DNA from: an uncultured bacterium
GTDB taxonomy: Bacteria > Babelota > Babeliae > Babelales > Babelaceae
NCBI GenBank assembly: GCA_963819815.1
Contig: CAWFXL010000001.1
Location: 384,001-448,000, forward strand
Direction of reading: 5' to 3'
Length of the DNA stretch: 64,000 bases
The translations under genes and the position numbers were made by a program. The first letter of the stretch is position 1. Every line of letters begins with the position of its first letter. The notes beneath the pieces were generated by a model. That model was not told the origin of the DNA and searched no databases. It was given only the letters and a program-made list of their open reading frames with translations. Positions 39,572-50,152 of this stretch are shown one piece after another.

Positions 39572-39919
39572 ATGAACATAAATCATGCGGCACGGGCTGA
39601 CGAATATTACACTCTTGTAGGAGAAAAAAATGCTGAAGGAATCAAAAAATACTTTGATCCTGAGGTGCAATTTCAGAGCCCCCTGGCAACTTTAAAGGGG
39701 AAAGACGCTGTGATAGAGGCAACGTGCAATTTTATGCACTCCTTCAAGTCACTTAAGATACGTGCTAAATTTGGCGCAGGAGACCAAGCGATGATCGTTT
39801 ACGATACGGATATCCCAGGAATAGCAAAAAGCTTTCCCGGTGCTTCCTTACTCACTTTTCGCGATGGTCTAATCATAAAGATTGAACTGTTTTTCGATGC
39901 AAGCCGCTTCGTAGAATAG
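39572..39919 (+). CDS. SnoaL/NTF2-like domain protein
   Basis: YFDPEVQFQSPLATLKGKDAV...FRDGLIIKIELFFD. Confidence 0.8.
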   Translation: MNINHAARADEYYTLVGEKNAEGIKKYFDPEVQFQSPLATLKGKDAVIEATCNFMHSFKSLKIRAKFGAGDQAMIVYDTDIPGIAKSFPGASLLTFRDGLIIKIELFFDASRFVE

Positions 39920-40219
39920 AAAGCAGGTTCCTGAGGCACTGTAGTAGTCCTGAAAAGAGGACCTCTACAAGTTTTTGGGGCTCGGAGTCCAGCAAGACCT
40001 ATCAAATTGACCGTCAGCAAAGGTGTAGTAACAGCTAGACGTACCTCTATGCGTATTGTTCTTCTTTATAGATTTATTAACAAGAGCCATATATTCCTTA
40101 AGCTTCCGATAGTGAGATCATTTGCAGGATTCAAAAAAGGGGGGGCGCTTGAGTTATTATGCAATTCTGGTACAATTAGAAAATAATTGATAATTACTCT
40201 TTAAAAAGGATACCCTACC

Positions 40220-41059
40220 ATGAAAATACAGGTACTCTGTGCTGCCATTCTAATGAATTGCGCGCTCTACGCCGGACATGTTGTAATCTCAAACCAATCC
40301 GATCTTCCATGCATGGTTTTTCTACCCGATCAACCAGGATCAAATGCAGTAATGATACCATCAACCGAAGATTCGTCTCCTCTTACAACAAAAATGGGGC
40401 GAAGCAATCTTTTCCTTTCGAGTGCTCTATTGGGTACCAAGGCAATACAAGTAACAAGATCAGGGATTGAAGTGTGGGATTACAATCTTAATCATCCAGC
40501 AATAATCTCCCGTACTCAAGAACAGTTTTCAGACCTTCATATTGTCATCGATCCGGTTGGACAGATTTCAGTATACAATGGAAGTTTACTTGTTCAAGAG
40601 TATGAAAAAACAGAAAATGCTCAAAAGGAATTCTTGAAGGCACTTAATCAAAATGACTTTAATCAAGCTCGGTATTGGATCACGCAGGGAGCTGACATTA
40701 ATAGGGTGAATGAGGAAGGTAATACTCCCTTGTTGCACTATGTCCGTCAAAATCCTGCCCTTTGTGGAGATATTATGAAGTTTCTCATAAACTGTGGCGC
40801 TAATGTAAATGCTCAATCTCGTTCGGGCTATACTGCACTCTTGTATTGTATTGTTTTAAACTCAGGGTGGCACAAAAGTATTATAGGCGACATAATTACT
40901 TTACTCCTCAACAAAGGAGCCGATCCCACTATTAGAAACAACGAAGGCATATCAGCACGAAGTTTCATAACCAATCCGCCAGCAGGTAGACTACAGCTGC
41001 GCGATGAAGATAAACAATATCTTATCCAACGTTTTGGTCGTCAACTTGGAATTGCATAA
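40220..41059 (+). CDS. Secreted ankyrin-repeat protein (paralog of 7033..7926)
   Basis: ISNQSDLPCMVF, IVIDPVG, GNTPLL, GYTALL, GADPTIRNNEG. Confidence 0.88.
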   Translation: MKIQVLCAAILMNCALYAGHVVISNQSDLPCMVFLPDQPGSNAVMIPSTEDSSPLTTKMGRSNLFLSSALLGTKAIQVTRSGIEVWDYNLNHPAIISRTQEQFSDLHIVIDPVGQISVYNGSLLVQEYEKTENAQKEFLKALNQNDFNQARYWITQGADINRVNEEGNTPLLHYVRQNPALCGDIMKFLINCGANVNAQSRSGYTALLYCIVLNSGWHKSIIGDIITLLLNKGADPTIRNNEGISARSFITNPPAGRLQLRDEDKQYLIQRFGRQLGIA

Positions 41060-41089
41060 CTCATCATTACTTTCTCAAGAACTTCAAAG

Positions 41090-41118
41090 AAAAGAGGCTA
41101 CGGTGCGTAGCCTCTTTT
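41090..41118 (+). terminator. Intrinsic terminator
   Basis: AAAAGAGGCTAC-ggtgc-GTAGCCTCTTTT. Confidence 0.75.
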
Positions 41119-41331
41119 GCAATGGATCTGCATGGTACAATAAGTCCCAAACAAGCCACAACCATGACCATGCTCATTCAAATTCCACGTAGAACTCGCC
41201 GCGAGAAGTTTTGAATACAGATTGATCATAGATAATCCAAAGGCTGCCTCTTGAAATAGTAAATTGCAAGTAAAAAAAGCTCTCAACTTTCGGCCTGTTG
41301 CGCTGGCCATCCAAAATGGTATCTTTAAAGC

Positions 41332-41856
41332 ATGGAAAGAAAAAAACAAAAAGTGATCTTAACATATCTGCTGTTTGCCTTTACACAAGCGGCAGGTACA
41401 GTATCTGATATCGAGCGGATTATCGATCGTCCTTTTGACCCGGCAATCCAACTTGGAAAATGGGATCTTATCGAGGCCGTCAATAAGATCAATATATCGA
41501 CAATGGATGCAAATCAAAGACACGTTTTACTCGAGAATTTTTACGAAAGATCTTGCAAGCGGCTTTCTGAGCATTACTTATCACCTTTTAGAGTGACACT
41601 GTCTCATCTGTATAAAGGAGCTCTTGTTTGCTCCCTTTTTTTTACAGGTAAATATATCGTACAAGCAGCAATGCCTGGAAGGTTCGGAATACTGGGGCAA
41701 ACTATTGATGGGTTCTTTGCAAGTGCTTCATTGCTAGCTCTCCTTTACTCGGGTAAAAAAGTATTCGATTTCCAAAGCGAACAGCGTAAGCTCGACGCTG
41801 CGCAAAGAAGGGTTGACTACTTCAAGAATCAAATAGACCTGTATAAAAACCCCTAG
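41332..41856 (+). CDS. Secreted/membrane protein with two-TM hairpin
   Basis: Signal peptide, two hydrophobic segments, C-terminal helix LDAAQRRVDYFK. Confidence 0.7.
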   Translation: MERKKQKVILTYLLFAFTQAAGTVSDIERIIDRPFDPAIQLGKWDLIEAVNKINISTMDANQRHVLLENFYERSCKRLSEHYLSPFRVTLSHLYKGALVCSLFFTGKYIVQAAMPGRFGILGQTIDGFFASASLLALLYSGKKVFDFQSEQRKLDAAQRRVDYFKNQIDLYKNP

Positions 41857-42170
41857 GGGAAGTACCCATCATGCAGGCCCTTGCAGATTAAAGTTGATAG
41901 AGAAAGCGAGCTGTTTGCTTCTCCTGTAAGCGCGATAAAGTTTTGACAGGCACATTTTTTTAGTCACCCTTACTAAGGCAATTCTTATCTTACTATAAAT
42001 CTACAAGAGGCCTCTAAACATTTTTATGGCTCTTATTCAAGAATGCCATAATCTAGATCATCTAGTAAAAGCTCAGAGAAAAATACGAAAAATAAGCAGG
42101 CTGCTGAATCTGAAATAACCATCTTTTAAAGGAGCCGCAGAAAACTCTGCGCAGCTCAAGGAGTAATAGC

Positions 42171-43382
42171 ATGATTGCTTGTAAAGGGTTACTTATTTTA
42201 GGGGGCCTGCTGCTTACTCAATCGGTAACAGCCAGTTCTTCTGTGCGAAAAAGAAAATTCGAAACTGAAATTCCTCTTACCTATCAGCAAGAACAGACAA
42301 ACAAATTCATAGGTGCCGCACGACGGGGTGATACCAATACCATGCGCGCACTTTTACACAAAGGACTATCGGTTGACACCGTTGATGAACATGGATCAAC
42401 AGCACTTCACCATGCATCTGAAAAAAAACAACTCGATGCTGTCCTGCTACTTCTCTCCTTTCATGCTAGAGTAACTATTAAAAACAATGTTCAACAAACT
42501 CCTATTCATAAAGCGGTCTGTTGTAGCGCGCCTGATGAACAATCTGAAAAGATCTTGATGCACCTTCTTAATGCAGGAGCTCATCCGTATGAGCCAGATG
42601 GCGCACGAAAAACTGCGTTAAACTATGCCGACGAGAGAGGTCTTGAATCACTTGCAGGGTTAATGCGTAAACATCTTGAGGCTCGTGAAGTCCCAGTACC
42701 TCGTGTACAACCACCGCTAGAGCCTCAAGAGATCTCTTTTGAAGAGCTACAAAAGGACATAGGTTTGTGTAATCGGTGGTCATTGTCTGATCAAAAGTAT
42801 AGGGCTCTTTTCTATGGTGCTTTAGAAAAGGAAACGAATGCCTGCAGACATATTATTATTGATTGTTCTCTCTCAAAAATTAATGAACTGCCTAAAGAAG
42901 AGGCCTATGGGAGAGTTATGGCGGTATTACCTTACCTGAATGACGTCATTTCCTATGGGTGTCTTGGTTTAGGTCCAAAAAGTCACGTACAGTATCTTTG
43001 CTTTTTAGATGTGTGGAAGCATGCACTCGTTGTCGTTTACTTTGATGAACTAAGGCGGGGCATACTTCTTGATACTCCGTTCACTCAAGATGCACAAAAA
43101 ATAGCCCGTCTTTTTCTTGAAAAAAAAGTTCGAGAAGTGATTACAGAACTTGCAGAGAAGTTGCGTCAAGAAAAACCATATCTTCTCAATCTTACCTTTA
43201 CCAAAGAGATTCTTGAAGGCAAAGGTTTTGAAGAGTTTTTTGATGAAGCAGTTGCTTTACCTGCTATAATCAGGTCGCCTGCTGTAACGGTGTTTGACGA
43301 GATTGAAAAATACGAGATCCTCTTTAAAGAAAAGAAAAAAGCTGAACGGGATAAACGGAATGCTCAAAATATAAGAGGATAA
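42171..43382 (+). CDS. Secreted ankyrin-repeat protein with NLS-like motif and unknown C-terminal domain
   Basis: AAGGAG RBS, signal peptide, VRKRK, GSTALHHAS, QTPIHKAV. Confidence 0.88.
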   Translation: MIACKGLLILGGLLLTQSVTASSSVRKRKFETEIPLTYQQEQTNKFIGAARRGDTNTMRALLHKGLSVDTVDEHGSTALHHASEKKQLDAVLLLLSFHARVTIKNNVQQTPIHKAVCCSAPDEQSEKILMHLLNAGAHPYEPDGARKTALNYADERGLESLAGLMRKHLEAREVPVPRVQPPLEPQEISFEELQKDIGLCNRWSLSDQKYRALFYGALEKETNACRHIIIDCSLSKINELPKEEAYGRVMAVLPYLNDVISYGCLGLGPKSHVQYLCFLDVWKHALVVVYFDELRRGILLDTPFTQDAQKIARLFLEKKVREVITELAEKLRQEKPYLLNLTFTKEILEGKGFEEFFDEAVALPAIIRSPAVTVFDEIEKYEILFKEKKKAERDKRNAQNIRG

Positions 43383-43791
43383 GAATATCTCTCAATCTAA
43401 ATCCCCATCTGAATTCGTTTACTCCTGTTGCCGGATTAGCACCATTAAATTGTACTACCACATCTACGATAGAAAGCAATGCCATAGCTAATTATATCTT
43501 TTCTAAGTATCGCAACTGTGTGGTTACGCCTTGTCTGATGGCTCTATACTTAACCGGGTACCATAGAAAGACTCAATAAGAATTTCTAATTCAAGGCAAA
43601 ATAATATAAGATCTTTATGATTTCGCCGCATATACGGTTTCGATGACCAGAGAAATCAAGCTCCATAGCTCAAGCGAGTTGGAGTAACTAGGAAACACTT
43701 ACAACTCTATAAAAAGGGGGCTTGTGAAAATTAATCATATGTTTCTAACTTCCAGCACAAACAGTACAAATTTTTAAATGAGGTCCAAACG

Positions 43792-45507
43792 ATGAAAAAA
43801 AGACTAATATTCACTATCGTACTTCTCTCTTTTCAGTCTAATCAGCTCAATGCAATGTACAAATCCAATACTGTTGCTCAAGACAATACATCAAAAAGCT
43901 CTCAACAAACTACACCAGCTATTGGTAAGCTCGTAATGCTCTCACTTTTATTAGGCGCTTCAGCCCTTCAAAATTCTCCGGTTCAAGAGGTAGAGCTTTG
44001 CAATTCCTATAAAGAATTTGCTAAGTCTATGGTAGTAAATGGCGCATCTTCGAATATCTTTCGTTGGGCTTGTGAAACAAATCACCCAGCATTAGTAAGA
44101 GAACTTATTTCGTTCGGGGCACGTCCTGATGTATTTGATGTCAGAACTGCCAGTGAATCCGGCCGCGCTGAAGTACTTAATGAACTCCTTAAATCCTTTG
44201 CGTACGGTCATGATGAGTTACCTGATCTTATTGAAACTGATACTCATAGCTGCAATACAGATGTCTGCAAACTTGATATGCGTGAAAAACGTAGAATAAT
44301 TAATTTTTATACTTATATGGATGGTGAATCCACACTGCATGAAGCCGCAAAAAGCGGGCACTTAGAGGTAGTCAAAAACCTGATAAATCATGGTGCCGAT
44401 ATTACCTTAACCGATTATAATGGCGCAAATCTTATGCACAAGGCTGCATATTCAGGTTCGGTAGATCTTTTGAAATTTTTAGTTGATAAAGGTTTTCCGA
44501 TGGATAAACCTGATAACAATGGGGTGACCCCACTTATGATTGCAAGCCAACGGGGTCATCTGCCTTTTGTTCAAGAGATTCTAAGGCTCAATAATAACCC
44601 ATTTTTTGCAAGGAAAAGATTAGATGAAGGCTGTGGATGGGGGATTTCATCATGTGGTTCGGAGAAGGCAGATAACAATGGGGTTACTGCTACTATGTAT
44701 GCAATAGATAGTGGTGATATAAAATTGGTCCAAGAACTGTGCAATTTTTTTCGCAAGGGTAGGCCCAACTCAGAAATATTCGAATCAAAAGATATGCAAG
44801 GAAATAATTTTGCGCACCGTGCGAGCGCTAAGGGATATCTTGAAATACTTGGGTATCTCATACAGGAAGGGGGAAAGCAGCTAGCCATTGATACCAAAAA
44901 TAGGAATGGGCAAGATCCTCTTTTGGTTGCAATAGAAAATGGACATCAAGCGATTGCTATCGCTCTGCTTAACCTAGAGGTTGATATCAATGGCGGAAAA
45001 TCGGAGCCGCGGAATCCCCTTCGTGTTGCCAGTGAACGAGGACTTACTAGTTTAGTTTCTGAACTTTTTGCAAGCGCTTTACTTAGCGTCGGACAATCAA
45101 CACAGTTGACTCCTCTTCTTGCTGCAAGCAAGCGAGGGCTTACGGATGTGGTTTCTGAACTTATAAAAAGAGGAGCTAACGTTTCTGTCTCCGATGTGCT
45201 TAGAAGAGACCCGCTTTACCTTGCAAGCTCAAATGGGCACGCTGAAGTAGTCGAAAAGCTGTTAGCCTGTAAAGAAGTTGACTTAAACAGTACTACTTAT
45301 TTTGGCTTTAATGCCTATGACGCGGCATCACTTTTTGGTCGCAAGGAGGTGCTTAAACTTCTCAAAGAGCATGGGGCTCAAAAGCAACTTCATGTATTCA
45401 CCTCACCGATTGGTCTCATAATTATTACTAATGCGGTAGCTCTGGGAGTTGTTGGGATTTGGTTTTGTGTAATTAAAAAAGGTACTGTTAAACCAGTTGT
45501 CAAGTAG
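43792..45507 (+). CDS. Ankyrin-repeat protein with signal peptide, second hydrophobic segment and C-terminal TM anchor
   Basis: ESTLHEAA, GVTPLMIAS, LTPLLAAS; C-terminal IGLIIITNAVALGVVGIWFCVI followed by KK. Confidence 0.9.
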   Translation: MKKRLIFTIVLLSFQSNQLNAMYKSNTVAQDNTSKSSQQTTPAIGKLVMLSLLLGASALQNSPVQEVELCNSYKEFAKSMVVNGASSNIFRWACETNHPALVRELISFGARPDVFDVRTASESGRAEVLNELLKSFAYGHDELPDLIETDTHSCNTDVCKLDMREKRRIINFYTYMDGESTLHEAAKSGHLEVVKNLINHGADITLTDYNGANLMHKAAYSGSVDLLKFLVDKGFPMDKPDNNGVTPLMIASQRGHLPFVQEILRLNNNPFFARKRLDEGCGWGISSCGSEKADNNGVTATMYAIDSGDIKLVQELCNFFRKGRPNSEIFESKDMQGNNFAHRASAKGYLEILGYLIQEGGKQLAIDTKNRNGQDPLLVAIENGHQAIAIALLNLEVDINGGKSEPRNPLRVASERGLTSLVSELFASALLSVGQSTQLTPLLAASKRGLTDVVSELIKRGANVSVSDVLRRDPLYLASSNGHAEVVEKLLACKEVDLNSTTYFGFNAYDAASLFGRKEVLKLLKEHGAQKQLHVFTSPIGLIIITNAVALGVVGIWFCVIKKGTVKPVVK

Positions 45508-45698
45508 ATTCAGTAGCAGATGATTTCTGTCTGTTGGAAAAAAAGCAGCCCATACAGTTGTATCCGGGTTACGAAGTAACCGTCTGTACGGGATTGAAAG
45601 AGATAACTGAACCTATGTTTAAAGAAGACACGTATTAGTTGAAGCCCCTGGAGAACAAGCTCGCATAATTTAAAAGCCGACTACAACTAAACCGAATT

Positions 45699-45745
45699 AA
45701 CTGCAAAAGATCCTGGGGGAGTTAATCCTACGATCTTTTGCAGTT
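45699..45745. terminator. Inverted repeat between convergent genes
   Basis: AACTGCAAAAGATC-N19-GATCTTTTGCAGTT. Confidence 0.6.
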
Positions 45746-45813
45746 CTTAGGGCGCAATTTTACCCCTTGCATGTCCGATTTCTATCTGTTTCCAGCTTAA
45801 AAGAGTACTGACG

Positions 45814-47259
45814 TTACGGATGTAAAAATTGTCCAAAATCAATGATGGAATAAAAATAATTTTCGTCAACCAATTGGTCTGTCACTCCATTAACCTGAAC
45901 CAAGGTAGGTATGCAAACGAAATTTTTGGGAACGTCTAGGCGACAAATTTTCTGCTTTACCTCTTGCATCACATTAATTCCTAGGGGATTTTTTGAGAAC
46001 TTAATTTCGACGATATAGAGGATATTAATTCTTGTTTGTATGAGAAAATCAATCTGGCATCTCGGTTTTGTTTTTGTTGCTCTCTGAAAAAACGGATTAG
46101 CGCCGACGACATCTTCTGGTTTGATTTTCAATGCACTAAGGAGTTCTAGCCTGTTATTCACCACGAGGTTCTCAAATTGGAAGCCCATACTAGTTTCCCA
46201 ACCTGGCAGAACAGAGAGCTGAATTGATGCTAAGAGCCTTTTCTCAATGTGAGATTTCCTTGGCTGTATATATTTAAGGTAAAATCGGAGATAATTGTCG
46301 CTTAATCTGTAATTATAGAGTCTTACCCGTTTACCCGTGCGCAGCGACCATGTCTCATCTTTTGATACAAACCCGGCTTCGGTTAAATCATCCAAATATT
46401 CTGATAGTCGGCCACTTTTAGGATACTCTGCAGAAACCGCTATTGTGCTTAGATCAGCAGGGCCATTTACAAGTGATTGTATAATTCTTTTGTATATCTT
46501 ATCGCGTCTACTAAAGAGTTCATGGAATATTAGATCAAAATCATTGACCAATATACCCCCTGGCGTGAAACATTGTCTTTTTATATTGTCATCAGCTGAA
46601 AGTTTTGGATCCATTTGTTCTATATACCAGGGGACTCCACCAGTAACAGAAAGTATTTTGAGAATTTCCATATCAGTCGTTTTAAAGCCTTGAGCTGTTA
46701 ACATGGCGTAACAATCTGAGAGGGGCAAAGGATCTAGATGCATTGTCCAAGAAATACGGCCAAAATAACCAGTGCTGCTAATGATATTTTTGTCTATCCA
46801 GGTTGACACTGAGCTACATAAAATTAAGATTAAACGCGGATTTTTCTTAAATGCGTCTTCCCAGGCATTCTTTAATTTGCTGAGAAATGCCGGGTCTCCC
46901 TCTGCCATCCATGAGATTTCATCAAATAGAATTATGAGCCGACCGGTTTGAACAAGTCTGCCTAACAAGAAAAAGAGGGCTCCCCAATCAGTTGTTTCAA
47001 GTATCGGAACGTTCAATTGTTCGCTAAGCTGCCGAGCAAACTCATTTCGTTGAGTTTGTGCCGTGACACCTTCGACTGGCGCCAAGCCGGTAAATTTGTA
47101 AAAAGTATTATTTTTTGCAAATTCTTCCACCATGCGGCTTTTGCCAATCCTACGTCTCCCCTTAATAACCAAGAGACTCGCGGTCTTTTTAGAGAGAAAA
47201 GGCCTCAATTGGGCTAGTTCTGCCTTGCGGCCAATAAATTTATTCGATTCATTCGACAT
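45814..47259 (-). CDS. Archaeal-type AAA ATPase (ATPase_2) with C-terminal DUF234 / PD-(D/E)XK-like domain
   Basis: FIGRKAEL, GRRRIGKS (Walker A), LILFDEISW, TGGVPWY, DNYLRFY, QIDFL...VEIK. Confidence 0.88.
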   Translation of the reverse strand: MSNESNKFIGRKAELAQLRPFLSKKTASLLVIKGRRRIGKSRMVEEFAKNNTFYKFTGLAPVEGVTAQTQRNEFARQLSEQLNVPILETTDWGALFFLLGRLVQTGRLIILFDEISWMAEGDPAFLSKLKNAWEDAFKKNPRLILILCSSVSTWIDKNIISSTGYFGRISWTMHLDPLPLSDCYAMLTAQGFKTTDMEILKILSVTGGVPWYIEQMDPKLSADDNIKRQCFTPGGILVNDFDLIFHELFSRRDKIYKRIIQSLVNGPADLSTIAVSAEYPKSGRLSEYLDDLTEAGFVSKDETWSLRTGKRVRLYNYRLSDNYLRFYLKYIQPRKSHIEKRLLASIQLSVLPGWETSMGFQFENLVVNNRLELLSALKIKPEDVVGANPFFQRATKTKPRCQIDFLIQTRINILYIVEIKFSKNPLGINVMQEVKQKICRLDVPKNFVCIPTLVQVNGVTDQLVDENYFYSIIDFGQFLHP

Positions 47260-47925
47260 AACGAAACCATTTGTTCACAAAAATAGGAAAATCTATTATT
47301 ATGAATCGAATATACGCTTTATCTTTATTCACGTCAATAAAATTTTTTAGTTTGGTGAACAATTCTTTTGATTTTTGGTAAGGACTCCGTAACTAATATT
47401 GGTTCGACAGCACTACATATTGCAGCAGTCCTGAATCACAGGGTGTGATTCCTCGAATCGATATATACGTAAAAACAATTATTTTCTTGAGACTTAGTTC
47501 GTGATCAAGCTTATTGGCCATATACTATCAAATACGGAACTTTCAAAAATGTCATGATGACCCACGCAAATACTAATGATGGCACTGTTCTTATCCAGCG
47601 AACACAACTTGTTTCCGTCAAAGATTCAGACGTAGGGCAGATTATTAAGACTATACTACAACATCAATTAGGTGGGGTAACATGAATGAATCGACCAAAA
47701 AAAACAGATTAACTCGTGTCATAACTGTGGCTACCTATCAAAATCAATCCCCATTGTTTTAGCTATGTGTAAAAACAACCTCCTAATAAAGCTTTTCGTA
47801 GAGTTTCTATCCGTTACTTGCTATGTTATTTGACAATATCAGCACATCTGCTAATATTATTACTAATAGAATAATAACATTAATCAATCTGGTGGCACCT
47901 TTTCTTATTATACGAGGATCATATC

Positions 47926-49659
47926 ATGAAAAAAAGCATATTTTTTATTGGCATTCTTATAGGAAGCATATCCTGTGAAGCTATGGATGTTGTCAGCGTA
48001 CCTGATGCCAGTTCAAAGACCGTTACTCTTCTGGCGGGTACCCATCAAGACCCTATAAAGATATCAGTTCGTCACGCAAAACAACTTATAGGAATATGTG
48101 ATCTACTTACGTACTCTGATTCAGAAGAAGATATCCCTGTTCCCGTTGTCGCTAAAAATATACTTGAAGCGATTTGTGCGCAGCTTGAGCGCATTGCTCT
48201 GTATGGGGAAGGGCGGGATAAAAAACTGATTGACGCGATATATGATGATTTTAAGAAGCTCGATGATGATACCCTTATCGAAGTGTTACGAGCGGCTGAT
48301 TATTTAAATGTCGTTATCTTATTGAATGCTGCATTCTCTATTGCCAAAGAACGCTCACTCGAAAAAGCTTCACTTGAAAACCTTTCATCTTTACATATTC
48401 GTATTTCGAGACTTCTACTTGAGTATAGGATAGCTGCCATGCTTGGCGTTACTCACGAGCGAGGGAATTATTATTCTCAACAAGATCTAAGTAAGGTACC
48501 TGTGGTAACTCCATTAACTACCTACAATTGTCGTACTGGCGGAATTGAATGTGTTGCCGTCACGCATGACGATAAGATCATTTTTGGTTCTGATGGTATG
48601 GTACGGATTGTAGATAGGGCTGGCACGGAACTTGCCGCGTGGCGCCTTGAGGAACAGGTTACGGTCATATGTGTAACTCCTGATAATAAAATAGTTACTG
48701 GTTCATCCAATGGAATAATCCGAATCTGGGATATGGCTGGTAATCAGCTTGCGCAATGTGAAGGACACCAGCAGCATATCAAGTCGCTTTTTATTACTCC
48801 TGACCTTAAGATAGTTTCTAGTGCAGGTGATTATACGGTGCGCATCTGGGACATGTTTGGTAGAGAAATCGCCGTATGTGCTAATTCTTTTATTGCAGCT
48901 TTAACATCAGATAATAAAATTGTTACTGGTGAAATGTTGACCGGAACGATGAGGATCTTTGATATATCTGGTAACCAACTTGCACAATGGCAGGGACATC
49001 AAGATCAAATTTGGTCGTTGACCGTTACAAATGATAATAAGATAGTTTCAGGCTCTAAAGATACAACAATATGTGTATGGGACACTTCTGGTAACCGACT
49101 TGCAGAGTGTAAAGGTCATGAAGGTGGAGTTACAACATTATTCGTGACAGCAGATCATAAGATTGTTTCCGGTTCTGAAGATACAACTGTACGTATTTGG
49201 GATAGTACTGGTAACCAACTTGCTGTATGCAAAGGTCATGAAAGTCCTGTCACTGCAGTGCAAGCAACGTCCGAGGGGCGAATAGTATCCAGTTCATCCG
49301 ATTTTTCAGTACGAATCTGGGATATTAAAGGCAAACAGATAGGGCTCTGTAGAGGGCATACTGAAGCAGTTCAGAAACTATGCCTAGCCGCTGATGATTC
49401 TATCATCTCTGCCTCATATGATAGAACTTTGATCATTTGGGATATGCAGAAAGTTTTGTTGCTTTTACAGATTGCATCAATTACTCATGACCAAGCCACC
49501 GCTATCTGGGCTTTGCTGCAAAAATGGGCTTCCCCTGATGCGGATAAACAGAGCTATGTGAATATGATAGTAGAAGTTATTACTGGCAAGCAACATAGCG
49601 AGTTTCAGCCAGAAGCACAAGAAAGTTCAACGACTTGTTCAACATCCTCCATTCACTAG
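47926..49659 (+). CDS. Secreted Skp1/BTB-like domain + WD40-repeat protein
   Basis: IPVPVVAKNILEAI...LIEVLRAADYLNV; about 8 WD40 repeats (GH...SGSxDxTVRIWD). Confidence 0.88.
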   Translation: MKKSIFFIGILIGSISCEAMDVVSVPDASSKTVTLLAGTHQDPIKISVRHAKQLIGICDLLTYSDSEEDIPVPVVAKNILEAICAQLERIALYGEGRDKKLIDAIYDDFKKLDDDTLIEVLRAADYLNVVILLNAAFSIAKERSLEKASLENLSSLHIRISRLLLEYRIAAMLGVTHERGNYYSQQDLSKVPVVTPLTTYNCRTGGIECVAVTHDDKIIFGSDGMVRIVDRAGTELAAWRLEEQVTVICVTPDNKIVTGSSNGIIRIWDMAGNQLAQCEGHQQHIKSLFITPDLKIVSSAGDYTVRIWDMFGREIAVCANSFIAALTSDNKIVTGEMLTGTMRIFDISGNQLAQWQGHQDQIWSLTVTNDNKIVSGSKDTTICVWDTSGNRLAECKGHEGGVTTLFVTADHKIVSGSEDTTVRIWDSTGNQLAVCKGHESPVTAVQATSEGRIVSSSSDFSVRIWDIKGKQIGLCRGHTEAVQKLCLAADDSIISASYDRTLIIWDMQKVLLLLQIASITHDQATAIWALLQKWASPDADKQSYVNMIVEVITGKQHSEFQPEAQESSTTCSTSSIH

Positions 49660-50152
49660 GTGAACTATGCAATTCCCAGTCTACGAATTGAAATTATTAA
49701 ATAATAATTACACTATTGCGTCCATGCTTGAAAAGATTAGATACATCGGCTTCTCACGTTAATACCATAAAGAGAATCCGTTGTCTTATTTGTAAAATCA
49801 GATTTCACTTCTTAAGGAAGGTTAGCCTTTTTCAATGCATGCCTAAGAAATGCGCTTGAATTTATTGCATAGCAAGTATACGATACTGCTTACTGAAATA
49901 AACTATGGTTAATTAAAAGACCGACTCTTTTATGAAAGGTATCTATCACTATTATATGAGTTACAGACAAGTTCAACACAATTCGCTAGCCTGTCCATTA
50001 TGGAGTCATAGAAAACAAATAGATTAAATCTTTTCTTTGCAGACAGGGCACATCTTGGAATCGCTTCAATAATTCGCTCCACGCTTTTGACAACGGACTA
50101 AAATAGTTGTCATAATAGGCTTGATATACGTTTTTTAACTATGAGGAAATAG

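Noticed and set aside
45568..45645. GTTACGAAGTAACCGTCTGTACGGGATTGAAAG resembles a CRISPR repeat (GTT...ATTGAAAG) and another GTT follows 37 nt later
   Set aside because: Only one copy, neighbouring sequence does not repeat it convincingly, and there are no cas genes in the window
47555..47762. Two tiny overlapping ORFs suggesting an operon remnant
   Set aside because: Too short and with no assignable homology
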